This document shows positions 51,844 to 63,628 of a stretch of 64,000 nucleotides of DNA, in pieces. A model generated the notes under the pieces. That model worked only from the letters and a program-made list of their open reading frames with translations, was not told where the DNA came from and did not search any database. Source of the stretch: Podarcis gaigeae (taxonomy: Eukaryota); NCBI GenBank assembly GCA_964106915.2, contig OZ066924.1; one strand, given 5' to 3'. Both the position numbers and the translations under genes were made by a program. The first letter of the stretch is position 1; the number at the start of each line of letters is the position of its first letter.

Positions 51844-52145
51844 ACTTAGAGGAACAGGGGAGAATCTTAGAGGAGCAAGGGAGGGCATCTAGCTAAAGCG
51901 TATAGGATACAGAAGCCAGCTTTCATTGTCTGCAGCAAAAGTAGCATGTTTTGATGCCAAGTGATGCAGATTAGCCTCTTAGAAGCATCCCCTTGAAAAG
52001 CTAAACAACTGGGGTTGCTTTGTGCACCCTGTTATAGGAAAAACGATTGATTGATTGACTGATTGATTGATTGTCAAAGGGATCTCTTCAGAGAATGTCT
52101 GGGTTGCACACAACTGACATTTCATCACCAAGTTATAGGTGAAGC

Positions 52146-52291
52146 AGTTCATGAACCTTCCCTGGAGGTTTTTAAAGAGAGGTTGGATGGCCATCTGTTT
52201 TGGAAGCTTTAGCTGAGATTCCTGCATTGCAGGGGTTTGGATGAGATGGCCCTTGGGTCTCTTCCAACTCACAGATTCTATGATTCTATGA
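52146..52291 (+). mobile_element. CR1 LINE 3' fragment
   Basis: ggaggtttttaa...ggttggatggccatctg...(attctatg)2 tail. Confidence 0.8.
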
Positions 52292-52856
52292 CCTTGTGAC
52301 TTCATTTAATAAACTCAGATGCTACAGGCAAGAACCCAGCCTTAGGGGTACAGCTGAACTTGGGTTTGAACTTAGAAGTTCTAAAATAAACGTGAAAAGG
52401 AAACCTTCATGCCCTGATTATTTATATTCTATTAGCAAGATGCCCTTTCCCCCCCCAGCTGAAAGGGGAAAGGCTTGACTTTCCAAAAATAGCAAAATAA
52501 GTATTGATAAATTTAGGCAGTTGGGTACCATTTCATTTACAGAGCAAGATTCCTAGCCAAATTTTAAAGTTCTTCTTTTGCATCAGATTTTTTATTGGAT
52601 TCTGGAATAACTTATGTCAGGGAACATGCTGCTGAGCGAGAGATTATCACGGAGATTATCACGGAGACACACTTTCCCTGTCCATCATTGCAATCTTCTA
52701 TTACCAGCTCAACACCAAGAAAAATCAGAGACATATTCTCAGGACATATGCAAAGTCCCAGCTATACTGAGCTTTTTTGTAACATGTATTCTGACACAGA
52801 AGCACTCAGAGTGAATTTAACTCTACACACATAAGAGAGTCATGCATTACTTAGGC

Positions 52857-53195
52857 CAGGGGTCGGCAACCTAAGGCCCATGGGCCACAAGCGGCCCATG
52901 GGGGTCATTTAACTGGCCCATGGACCCCCGCTGCCCGCTCAGTTGGCTCCCATGCACCGCGCTAAACCAGCGCGGAGCAGGGACCACCTTCCGCAACGCT
53001 GGCTGGCTTCCCATTGGCTGCAGGAAGCTCCTGCAGCCAATGGTAAGCTGCGCATGCCTCCTCTGCGCTGGAAAGAAAATAGCACATGCGTGCAGAAATA
53101 GTGCATGCGTGTGCGCTCGTGCACACACTCTGGCCCACCGAGGTATTTGTGGGACTGTGAACCAGCCCAAGCCACAAAAACTTTACCGTCCCCTG
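52857..53195. mobile_element. Non-autonomous hAT element (related to 1163-1441)
   Basis: CAGGGG...CCCCTG TIRs; perfect 8-bp TSD acttaggc. Confidence 0.9.
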
Positions 53196-53459
53196 ACTTA
53201 GGCTCTCCCAAGCTGAACAAAAACCACTAGCTATGTACTGTGGCCTGCCAAATGATTTGGCACACAGATATACAATCTTTTTTTCCTTTTTTGTGTGATG
53301 TGAAATAAGCAGCAAAATGGACATACCTAGTCCATGGCTGCTGTGCGGCATGTTGATCACAATGTATCTAGGCCTGTCACAGGATCAGACTGACATAACA
53401 AATGACCTTTTTATTTGGACAGGACAAAGTCACTTTTAAGTGTCAGTATGCCCACTTGA

Positions 53460-53802
53460 GGGATACGGGTGGCGCTGTGGGTTAAACCACAGAGCCTAGG
53501 ACTTGCCGATCAGAAGGTTGGCGGTTCGAATCCCCGCGACGGGGTGAGCTCCTGTTGCTCGGTCCCTGCTCCTGCCAACCTAGCAGTTCAAAAGCACATA
53601 AAAGTGCAAGTAGATAAATAGGTACCACTTCAGCGGGAAGGTAAATGGCGTTTTCGTGCGCTGCTCTGGTTCGCCAGAAGCGGCGTAGTCATGCTGGCCA
53701 CATGACCTGGAAGCTGTACGCCGGCTCCCTCGGCCAGTAAAGCGAGATGAGCACCGCAACCCCAGAGTCGGCCACGACTGGACCTAATGGTCAGGGGTCC
53801 CT
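53460..53802 (+). mobile_element. Sauria SINE (tRNA-derived)
   Basis: A box gtggcgctgtgg, B box ggttcgaatcc, typical body; TSD tatgccca(c/t)ttga. Confidence 0.9.
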
Positions 53803-56800
53803 TATGCCCATTTGAAGGAGTGCTGTAAATATCCAATGCAGAAAATATCCACAGTAAACACTGTACTACCATGAACAAGCAATGCAGAGTCCTGTGAATG
53901 AAAACAGAACTTTCCAGCGAAGCAATGCAAAGAGAGAGAGCTGTGAGTAAATAATGCCTGGGTTTTTTTGAAAATTGTTTTGGGAATTTAATTCACAGAC
54001 TGTTACTTATTGTTGTTACCAACCATTTATGCGGCATCACTTTTAAGAGGTAATGTGCTTTACAATTATCTCCCACATGCCTTGCATCCCTTTTCAGAAA
54101 GTGAGTGACATTCCTGTTCTATGGATGGACAACTGGAGTGGAGAGACCTGACCAAGGCGGAGTTTATAACCAAGCTATAATTTTCTGAAAAGGTTCCAAT
54201 ATATGTAACTTATATCAGGGATCTGAAACCAACTGCATTTTCTAAGCCCTGTGTTTATTAGCATGCATAATACAAGAGCATGTTGAGAACATAATAGATG
54301 AAACAGCCCTTAGATGTTCCTCCATCATGCCATCCCACAAAGTGGGGGCTTACAAAGAACTGGGGAAATGAAGGGAGAGAAATGTTAAAAACCAATACTA
54401 TTAGACTGGGCACTAGGAACACTGGGACTAGAATGAGTAGCTAATTGCTTATCCAGCCCTGAGCCTCAAGAGCCTAGCACTATGGTGCAACTGCCCTACA
54501 GCCTACCCATTGCTACAAACATTTTTCCCTAGGCAAGCCTAGCCAGACATGCAGTTGTTGACATACATTGATCTCTTTTCAAGCTAATCTTAATTGTTCT
54601 AAATGTTTCTAATTGTTTTAAGTGTTTTTCATTGATAGCTTTAATATCTCTTGCAAACCACCAAGAGGTTTTATTACAATCAAGTAGTATAAACATTTTG
54701 TTAAATAAAAAATAAAGCACCAATGGGTTCGGGGGCTTCGAAAGCCCTACATGATTTAAAATATCTAGCTCTAAGCAATATGCTAGAGTCTGCTGTTCGT
54801 AACTCTTGCAATCTTTATATGGGCATTTACATGTACCATTGATTACATGCTGTTCATAAAAATCAAAACATTATTTATACCCTCTTTCAAAGAACAATAA
54901 AAGTGGAAGGATAAGAAAACACAACAGGAAATTCGATTCAGCAGCTATAAGCAGTCCAAAATTTAGATGGAAAAAGGCTTTTAAGACTTTGGGCGGAAAT
55001 AAAAGCTACAACAGCAGTTTAAGGGATCTTTTAATGCCACATCCTTAGTTATGTTGTATTCCTAATATTTTGTATTTCCCCCCTCATGTTTGATTTCCAC
55101 ATCTACAATACAGTATTATATTGAATTCAATCCTTCACTGCTTTCTTGCAAGAAGAAGATAAAACAAATAGGTACATGTTGCTGATAAAGCACATTTCCT
55201 GGACTCAAAAGATTTTCAGTTTAACTGTGGTGAAAACTTGTGCAATTATTCATCATCCAGATGAAACCTTCTCAATATAAGTGTTCCATTTTATAGCCAG
55301 GACTCCGCTATACAGCGGCAAATAAAACGTTTTAGGTGTGTGCATTACACAAACGTGACACTAGATGGCGAGGGTGAGCTAAGGCAAATTCAATATATCT
55401 TTCAAATCGTTTTTCCCCAAAAAAGCATTTTCACAACTTTTTTTATATGTGTGTAGATTCCACCCAAGATGCAGAGACAGGCTGGATTTAAATGCTTTGT
55501 ATGTTAGATGGATTAAATCGAGTCAACTTAACTCATGATTGCAACATTGATTTAAAACTGGCAAGAAAAAAGTTTACATCAAATCACTGGTTTCAGCCTA
55601 ATTTTCCAACTTATATTTTTCTTCAACAAGCCCACACAAAAATTTGTTGAAATGATAATCAAAGCAGTATGCATTTATAACTAAGAAGAGCCTTTTAATT
55701 ACTAAGGAGTATAATCTGAAATCTCTAGGTACATTAGTCTTCTGGGCTTTTGCACTGCAGAATTTATATTTGCTTAGAGACAGAGGAACAATGGTGAAAT
55801 TGGCTCTCTTTGCACCCATATAGGTGCAAGGAAGATCACTACTTGAAGAATAAGACCCAAACTACATTTGCTATTTAAAGTGCTTTCCTGATCACTTAGG
55901 AATCTTGCAACATAGGTCATAGCTTCAATTTTCAGATATCATGGGCTTGATCCAGATAATTCTGCACACAGAACAGGGCTTTCCCACCTCTTTCTTACTT
56001 TAGCTCCCTGCTGCTCCTAAGGGTTTGGGGGAACAGATCCAGAATGGCATGGGATCAGGTTCTAGAGGGGGGATCTGCAGAAATCAAGGCAATCCCCTGC
56101 GTGGGGGAAAACTGCCATTGATTCATGCAAGCAGACCTTTGGGTCTGTTCTCATGAGTCTAAACTTTCACACGTGTTTCTTACTTTCAGAGTTTCACTGA
56201 AATGACTGTAATTGAAGGCTCAATACAGCTGAATGTGTTTTAACATCCAATTTAAACTAAAATTAGCTTCTTTATTTTGATTTTTAAGAATCCGCTCCAT
56301 TTTGTGCAGATAAATTATGTATGCATCAGATCAGGACAATACACAGCGTTTCCAGGAAAAAGCTGGAGGAAAAAGAAAGCAGATCAATCAAATAAAGCAG
56401 AGATGTTGTTCAGTAGTAGTTTGCTGGCGGCCTTTGATGATTCCCCATCTATCCAGCATGACAGGCTGAGACAGAAGAGCAACCATGTGAGTGCAAAGAA
56501 CCTTGAGTGTTATTCAACTCCAGAACCCTGCCCAAGCCTTTGTTTGCCTTCTTAAAATATGTTTTCTAACAATGATCAGAATGTAGATTCAATTATTTTT
56601 TTAATCACGAGCTTTCTATACTACCCTTCGGCAAAAATGGCTGTATGGTGCTTTACAAAAACAAGGTAGTATGAAAACAATAAAGCCTAAGAAATAGAAA
56701 CAAAAAATAATAGTTCTCATCAGTTACATAATTGACAGCGTTATGAAAAGGGGACTTCCAATCTATCAGCCTCTAAAAGCGCGGCAAAACGGTGTTTGTT

Positions 56801-57017
56801 TACCTGGCTTCTAAAAGAACATAAGGGAGGGCATTCTACAGATGTATTATATTATCATACTGCAGGTATAATTTTATGTACAAACATATATACACGCAGT
56901 AAAATGTTGAAATCTAAAACCTGCAGATGGAGAATCATGTTGTGATCCATAAGGTTAAGGCATCTCTTAACTAGAAAAGAGGAATTGCAACCTAGCATTG
57001 CTTTAGAATGTTCACAC

Positions 57018-57126
57018 TGATGCGATAGCCTTTGTAGTGCCATATTGCAATATATTTATAATATACGTACCTACATGTATATTAATAGATATATTGCAAT
57101 ATGACACTACACAGGCTATCGCATCA
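57018..57126. repeat. Near-perfect hairpin of about 109 bp
   Basis: tgatgcgatagcct.tgtagtg.catattgcaatatat... pairs with ...atatattgcaatatg.cactaca.aggctatcgcatca. Confidence 0.85.
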
Positions 57127-57612
57127 CTGATCAGACAACAGCAAAGGTTGCTAGGTTTATCGAGGGTGCAATGAGATCAAGGGCCACTATCTGAACAATG
57201 GTCTTGGTCATTTGATGGTCCTTTTTATCCATTGTTGTTTTTTTAAATTGTATATATTGGTTGTTTTATGTTGCTACGGCCATTGGCTAATACAAATAAA
57301 GTTTCTCTATCTTTGTACCTACAAGTGGAAATGCTTCCCTGGATACTGCCCCAACCAACAAGTAGTGCAGGGACATTTAGCTATGCAATGCAACTTCCTG
57401 ACCCTTTCCTCTCTTCATGCAACCCCTAAATCTGTTCTGGGTGCCCACTGCCCCCACCTTCAACCCACCAGACTTAGGGGTCACTCAAAAGTCTTTGTGC
57501 CAGCAGAACTGTTTAGCTGGATACTGTCCCGGGGTTTGCATCTCTCTGCTCAGCCACGAAACTCCCTGGATGATGTTGGGCAAGTCAATTGTTTCAGCCT
57601 AACCTACCTGAC

Positions 57613-57975
57613 GACGCAGGTGGCGCTGTGGGTTAAAGCCTCAGCGCCTAGGACTTGCCGATCGAAAGGTCGGCGGTTCGAATCCCTGCGGCGGGGTGCG
57701 CTCCCGCTGCTCGGTCCCAGCGCCTGCCAACCTAGCAGTTCGAAAGCACCTCCGGGTGCAAGTAGATAAATAGGGACCGCTTACCAGCGGGAAGGTAAAC
57801 GGCGTTTCCGTGTGCGGCTCTGGCTCGCCAGATGCAGCTTTGTCACGCTGGCCACGTGACCCGGAAGTGTCTCCGGACAGCGCTGGCTCCTGGCCTCTTG
57901 AGTGAGATGGGCGCACAACCCCAGAGTCTGTCAAGACTGGCCCGTACGGGCAGGGGTACCTTTACCTTTACCTTT
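57613..57975 (+). mobile_element. Sauria SINE nested in an older Squam3-like SINE remnant
   Basis: A and B boxes, (ACCTTT)n tail, TSD aacctacctgac on both sides. Confidence 0.92.
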
Positions 57976-58114
57976 AACCTACCTGACAGGGTTGTTGAGT
58001 AGATGAAATGGGGAGAAGAGAGGACTGTGTATGTCACTTTGAGCTTCTTGGAGGACAGATGAGCTTTACATGCAATAATGAATAAATAAATACCGGTAAT
58101 AATATGCTATTGGA

Positions 58115-58480
58115 GGGACGTGGGTGGTGTTGTGGTGTAAACCACTGAGCCTCTTGGGCTTGCCGATCAGAAGGTTGGTGCTTCGAATCCCCACGACAGG
58201 GTGAGCTCCTGTTGCTCAGTCCCAGCTCCTGCCAACCTAGCAGTTCGAAAGCACGCCAAAAAGTGCAAGTAGGTAAATAGTTACCGCTCCGGCAGGAAGG
58301 TAATCGACATTTCCATGTTCCATTGCGCCAGAAGCAGCTTAGTCATGCCGGCCACATGACCCGAAAAAACTCTGCGGATAAACATCAGCTCTCTCAGCCT
58401 GTAAAGCGAGATGAGCACTGCAACCCCAGAGTCGTCTGCGACTGGACTTAACTGTCAGGGGTCCTTTACCTTTACCTTTT
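58115..58480 (+). mobile_element. Sauria SINE
   Basis: Same body with (ACCTTT)n tail; more diverged. Confidence 0.88.
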
Positions 58481-58513
58481 TAAAAATATACTGTACGGAG
58501 AAGCTTAGAACTA

Positions 58514-58739
58514 CAGTGGTACCTCGGGTTACATACACTTCAGGTTACAGACTCTGCTAACCCAGAAATAGTACCTTAGGTTAAGAAGTTTGCTTCAGGA
58601 TGAGAACAGAAATCGTGCTCCAGTGGCACAGCAGCAGCGGGAGGCCCCATTAGCTAAAGTGGTGCTTCAGATTAAGAACAGTTTCAGGTTAAGAACAGAC
58701 CTCTGGAACGAATTAAGTACTTAACTCGAGGTACCACTG
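58514..58739. mobile_element. Tigger-like MITE
   Basis: TA|CAGTGGTACCTC...GAGGTACCACTG|TA. Confidence 0.9.
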
Positions 58740-58774
58740 TACTGCATTACTCGGAAGAGTGCTTCCCACCGTAA

Positions 58775-59090
58775 TGATGACTAAGGGTCTGGAAAGCAAG
58801 CCTTATGAGGAATGGTTGAAGGAGCTGGCTATGGTAAGCCTGGAAAAGAGGAGACGGAGAGGAGATATGATAGCCACATCCAAATATCTAAAGGGCTGCC
58901 ACATGGAAGATGGAGCAAGCTTGTTTTATCCTGCTCTGGAGGGTAGGACTCGAACCAATGGCTGCAAATTATACGAAAAGAGATTCCGACTAAATGAGGC
59001 CAGCTGTCATGGATGCTTTAGCTGAGATTCCTGCATTGCAGGGGGTGGACTGGAAGACTCCAGAGGTCTCTTCCAACTCTACAATTCTAT
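58775..59090 (+). mobile_element. CR1 LINE 3' fragment
   Basis: KGLESKPYEEWLKEL..SLEKRRRRGDMIA..KYLKGCH, the CR1 ORF2 C-terminus, plus CR1 3' end. Confidence 0.9.
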
Positions 59091-59402
59091 AAAGTAGGGA
59101 GGTAGTATCAAAGGAACCTGGAGGTCCTTTTGCCCAGGATTTGTATCATCAGGACAGTTTTGAGTCATGTTAAGCTTCTTGTACAAAAGGTGGAGAAGAA
59201 AACAAGCACCCATCGAACAGGCAACAATAAAGAAGTCTTGTTTATCCCACACAGGCACACCGACTCTGGGGAGGCAGCAGTTTCCCCCAAGGGCTCATAA
59301 CTAGTTGCAGGAGAGGAAAATACATTTTCCCCGACTCCCCTATCTCTATACAAAAGGCAATGCACAGAATTCGAAGATTTGATCCGAAATCAGGAGAACA
59401 CC

Positions 59403-59792
59403 CACTCTTCCTGATACTCCTCCTCCTCCAGGAAGAGTGGATTAAATTTAATGATTACTTAGTTAAATATGTTAAGTTAAATTAACCGAAAACAGCTTGC
59501 AGATACTTAATTGGCTTAGGATTTTATTTATGTTAAGTGATGAATTCATATGTTTAATTTCATAATGTGAAGATCTAAGGATGTTAATGTTTAAGTTATT
59601 TTTTTTAAAAGAACTGTGATTTGGAAAACTGTTAAAAGGACATGCAATGAAATTCACCCAAGGGGAAGCCAGGAAGTCACTTAACAATGTTAACAAGTGT
59701 AATTTTCAATAAGGTTATGATTTATGTTTGTTTGTCTTATGTGTTTGTTTATAATGTTGTGAAAACCAATCAATTTTTTTGGGGGGGGGAAA
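59403..59792 (+). mobile_element. L1-like 3' end with 5' inversion
   Basis: TSD gaaatcagga(g/t)aacacc (59386-59402 / 59793-59809); same family as 44690 and 60868. Confidence 0.8.
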
Positions 59793-60168
59793 GAAATCAG
59801 GATAACACCAGGGGGTGGGGGTGGAGGAGTGGAACGTCTGACTTATTTGCATTCGGAAGCAAAAAACAACAACAACAATAACAACACCGCGATTATTGAG
59901 AGGGAATCGGGAGCTTCCTCGTGCACCCGATTTTCAATCCCAAGGGATCGCGGGTAGCGCGCAACGTTTGGAAGCGCGAAGGAAGCCCGGGCATTGTTTA
60001 CCCGGCGCCTCGGCGGCGCGCGCGGACGCAAAGGGCAGCTTGCGGAGAAATCCGCGCCGCGAAGTAACTCGGGAGGCGGATTTCCAAGCCAGGGAGGCGG
60101 ATCGGCGAGTCCGTGCCCCCCGGTGCAACCAACACGCCCACCGCCCTCCCCGACCCGCGCCCGCTCAC

Positions 60169-60349
60169 CTGTGATCTGCAGGTAGAGCTCTCTCCGGAGG
60201 GGCCGCGGCGCCGGCTCGTCCGCCTCCAGGACGGCGGGCAACGTGGCCGAGCTGCGCGTCTTCTTGACGGCCGGCGGCGGCGGCGTGTCGGGCAGGCTGG
60301 CCGGGGCCGAGTTTCGCCGCCCGCCCGCCGCCGAGGTCTTCCGCTTCAT
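60169..60349 (-). CDS. CDC14B: CDC14B first coding exon 1a (MKRKTSAAGGRR...AVKKTRSS...ELYLQIT/D)
   Basis: gccgccATG Kozak context; 181 nt; CAG|GTGAGC phase-1 donor. Basic MKRK...KKTR matches recalled human MKRKS...VKKIRSS...VYLDITD. Confidence 0.95.
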
Positions 60350-60399
60350 GGCGGCGGCGGCAGCGGCGGAGGAGGCGGCGGCAGCGCACCGGCGCTCAT
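60346..60399 (-). other. Upstream ORF MSAGALPPPPPPLPPPP* whose TGA overlaps the CDC14B start ATG
   Basis: ATG at 60399-60397 (G at -3), 17 codons, TGA at 60348-60346 within ccATGA; translation not demonstrated. Confidence 0.5.
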
Positions 60400-60698
60400 C
60401 CCCGCCGCTTACCCCCCTCGCGGGGCTCACGCAGCCCAGCGGGAGCAGGAGGCGGCGGGCGGCGGGACGCGGCGGCCACAAGCGCCGCCCCGCTCGGCTC
60501 CCAACCGGCCGCGGGCCGCTCCCGCCTCATTCGGGCGCTCCCTCCGCCCGCCCGGCGCTCATTGGGCCGGGAGGCGTGACGCCATAATCCCCGATGATGT
60601 CATAGTGAAAGTCGCCTGAGCACCTGCGTCTGGTGGGGGGGGGGTCAAGGCGACAAAGGCCTCGACATTCCTCTCTTTTCCTGTCCAAGGATATAGAA

Positions 60699-61698
60699 CA
60701 GCAAACTTTTTCAGCAGGGGGCCGGACCACTGTCCCTTGTGGGGGGCCGGACTATTTTTTTTTTTTTTGGGGGGGGGAATATGAATGAATTTCTATGCCC
60801 CACAAATAACCCAGAGATGCGTTTTAAATAAAAGCACACATTCTACTCATGTAAAAACACCAGGCATCTTCAATGGATTTGAAGATCCACTGAAGATCAA
60901 TGAAGATGAGGGATTTTGCAGAGCTAGCCGACCTAACCGGAAGAGTCTGCGAACAGGCGGAGGAGTATCAGAAAGAGTGGATTCAATTTACTGATTACTT
61001 AGTTAAATATATTAAGTTAAATTAACTGAAAACAGCTTGCAGCTACAGTGGTACCTCAGGTTAAGTACTTAATTCGTTCTGGAGATCCGTTCTTAACCTG
61101 AAACTGTTCTTAACCTGAAGCACCACTTTAGCTAATGGGGCCTCCTGCTGCCGCCGCGCCACCATCGGGCGATTTCTGTTCTCATCCTGAAGCAAAGTTC
61201 TTAACCTGAAGCACTATTTCTGGGTTAGTGGAGTCTGTAACCTGAAGCGTTTGTAACCTGAGGTACCACTGTACTTAATTGGCTCAGGAATTTATGTTAA
61301 GGGTCAAATTAATTTCATAATGTGAAGATCTAAAGATGTTAATGTTTAAGTTAAATTTTATAAGAACTGTGATTTGGAAAACCAATAAAAGGATATGCAA
61401 TGAAATTCAACGAAGGGGAAGCGAGGAAGTCACTTAACAGTGTTAACCAGTGTAATTTTCAATAAGGCTATGATTTATGTTTGTTTGTCTTATGTGTTTG
61501 TTTGTTTATAATGTTGTGAAAACCAATAAAAAAAAATTGGGGAAAAAATGAACCCACAAATAACCCAGAGATGCATTTTAAATAAAAGGACACATTCTAC
61601 TCATATAAAAACAAGCTGATTCCCGGACCATCCGCTGGCTGGATTTAGAAGGCAATTGGGCCGGATCCGGCCCCCGGGCCTTAGTTTGCCTACCCATG
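60699..61698. mobile_element. Three-level nest: hAT element containing an L1-like tail (60868-61552) containing a Tigger-like MITE (61046-61271)
   Basis: The hAT sequence matches 5815-6138 on both sides of the insert, TSD (a/g)tatagaa; the innermost element has a TA TSD. Confidence 0.85.
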
Positions 61699-62723
61699 GT
61701 ATAGAAAGCTATTGGCTGGCGTCCTGGCAGCCAAAAAAACCCAAAACATATATAATTGTAGAGTTGGAAGGGTTCTTCCCCCCCCCCAGGGGTGATCCAG
61801 CCCAACCCCCTGCAATGCAGGAATCTCTAGGAATTAACACGTGAGGAGTGTGCTGTTGCCCTCATGTGCCTGGAAGCATGCCCCATAATTTCCATGGCGT
61901 TCATGTCACAAACAAGGCATCAGTCTGAATTGTTCGTAGCTCGCCCTCCATTCCTCCTATTCATAAACGCATCAACATATAATGTTTCCTCTCCCTGCTT
62001 CCTTTTAGGATATGTCTGCCATCTGCTGGATATTAAAATGCTATGTTTTCATCTCATTTTCAAGCATCAGAGTTTAAAAATTCAAGCCTAAATGCTGCAA
62101 GGATAACTATGCTGGTTACAGCAAAAATGAAAATGAAAAGCAGTCTTGTGGCATCTTAAGGAACAGAGCAAACTTCATCAGATGCATAAAAAGGCCCTCA
62201 TGGGTACACAGAAAGCGATGAAGACGTAAAAAATGGGGCCAACCAGGCTTAATGTGGAGTGGCTAATTTTCTGGAATTTCTATGCAAAATTCAAGCAGTG
62301 TGTTTTTGTGCCCATCCACAACGTTGTAGCTGCATCTGGTGATTCCACAATCACCCTAGCTTAGCCAGGAAGAAAGTATTATACCAATTAGGTTGCTTTA
62401 GGTGCTGTTATCTGTGCCAGATTACCCTGTGTTTTTTGCTGCAATGGACTTAACAAAGCAGCACCTCTGGAACAGAGGAAACAGCCTTAGACCAAGTGAG
62501 GCTGTTGGCCCATATAGCTCTGCTGTGTTGGGTGACCAGCTGCAGCTCTCTGGGAGTTCAGATAGGAGTTTTTCTTTCCAGCCCTACTTGATGCATGGAT
62601 TGAACCTGGGGGCTTTATCATACAAACCTGTGCTCTGCCACTGTGCTATATCCTGTGCATAACTGCAAACATTTGAGTTTGCAAAGAAATGTCAGGCATT
62701 TAACCCTATTGTTTACTTTTTTT

Positions 62724-63149
62724 AGGTCCACAAATGACAGCATTTGGGAGGTCCCAGGTCGCAAGGTGGTTAGATTGGTCTCAACTAGGGCCAGGGCCTT
62801 TTCAGCACTGGCCCCGACTTGGTGGAACGCTCTGTCACAAGAGACTAGGGCCCTGCGGGACTTGACATCTTTCCGCAGGGCTTGCAAGACAGAGCTGTTC
62901 CGCCTGGCCTTTGGTTTGGACTCAGTCTGACCCTTCCGTTTCCCTCCCCTTAAGGTTTTGGTTTTGATTTATGGGCTACTCTTAAAACGAGGCTGCATTT
63001 TAAATTGCATTTTAACTTGTATTTTAAATTGTTTTTTTTTTCCTTTTCCCATTATGTTTTTACTGTAATTTTACTGGTGTTAGCCACCCTGAGCCTGGCT
63101 CTGGCCAGGGAGGGTGGGGTATAAATAAAATTTATTATTATTATTATTA

Positions 63150-63181
<32 letters not shown>
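62724..63181 (+). mobile_element. L2-clade LINE 3' fragment with (ATT)n tail
   Basis: STRARAFSALAPTWWNAL...RRACKTELF; highly similar to 29960-30360. Confidence 0.85.
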
Positions 63182-63282
63182 CTGCAGCAATGTATGTGGT
63201 GTTTGTGATACACATCAATAGATGTGTGTATGTGTGCACACACAGTACATTCATGGTGGCATTTGTGTGTTTCTCTCTCTCT

Positions 63283-63331
<49 letters not shown>
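63283..63331. repeat. (CA)n microsatellite
   Basis: Interrupted CA run following (CT)n. Confidence 0.95.
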
Positions 63332-63335
<4 letters not shown>

Positions 63336-63628
63336 TCACTCATCTGGCATCTACAAGTTGGTTGCACTGTTAGATGACCAACTCCAGGAGGAAACATAAC
63401 CCTGACAATTATCCTGGACCTGTCAGTGGTTTTTGATGTCATTGACCATGGCCTATTTCTGGATCAGAAATATACGTCTGCATACATTTTGCTCCAGTGG
63501 ATCCATTCCTGTTAGGCTGGATCTATGAGTGGGTGGGTTAATTATACAGATAAACCACTATCTGACTTTTAGAAGACATCTGAAGGCAGCCCTGTTCGGG
63601 GAAGTTTTTAATGTTTGATGTTGTATTG

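Larger units (their letters stand above)
59880..60670 (-). promoter_or_regulatory. CpG island and promoter of CDC14B exon 1a
   Basis: Very high GC and CpG content; minus-strand CCAAT at about 60561-60565, GC boxes at about 60541-60553, CRE-like GTGACG at about 60576 and TGATGTCA at about 60595. Confidence 0.85.

Noticed and set aside
53460-53545. tRNA-like A and B boxes (also at 57613 and 58115)
   Set aside because: These are SINE heads with SINE bodies, tails and TSDs, not tRNA genes.
60350-60481. In-frame non-AUG N-terminal extension of CDC14B (ORF track 59843..60481)
   Set aside because: An open frame is expected in a GC-rich UTR, and the ATG at 60349 has a strong Kozak context and matches the known N-terminus.
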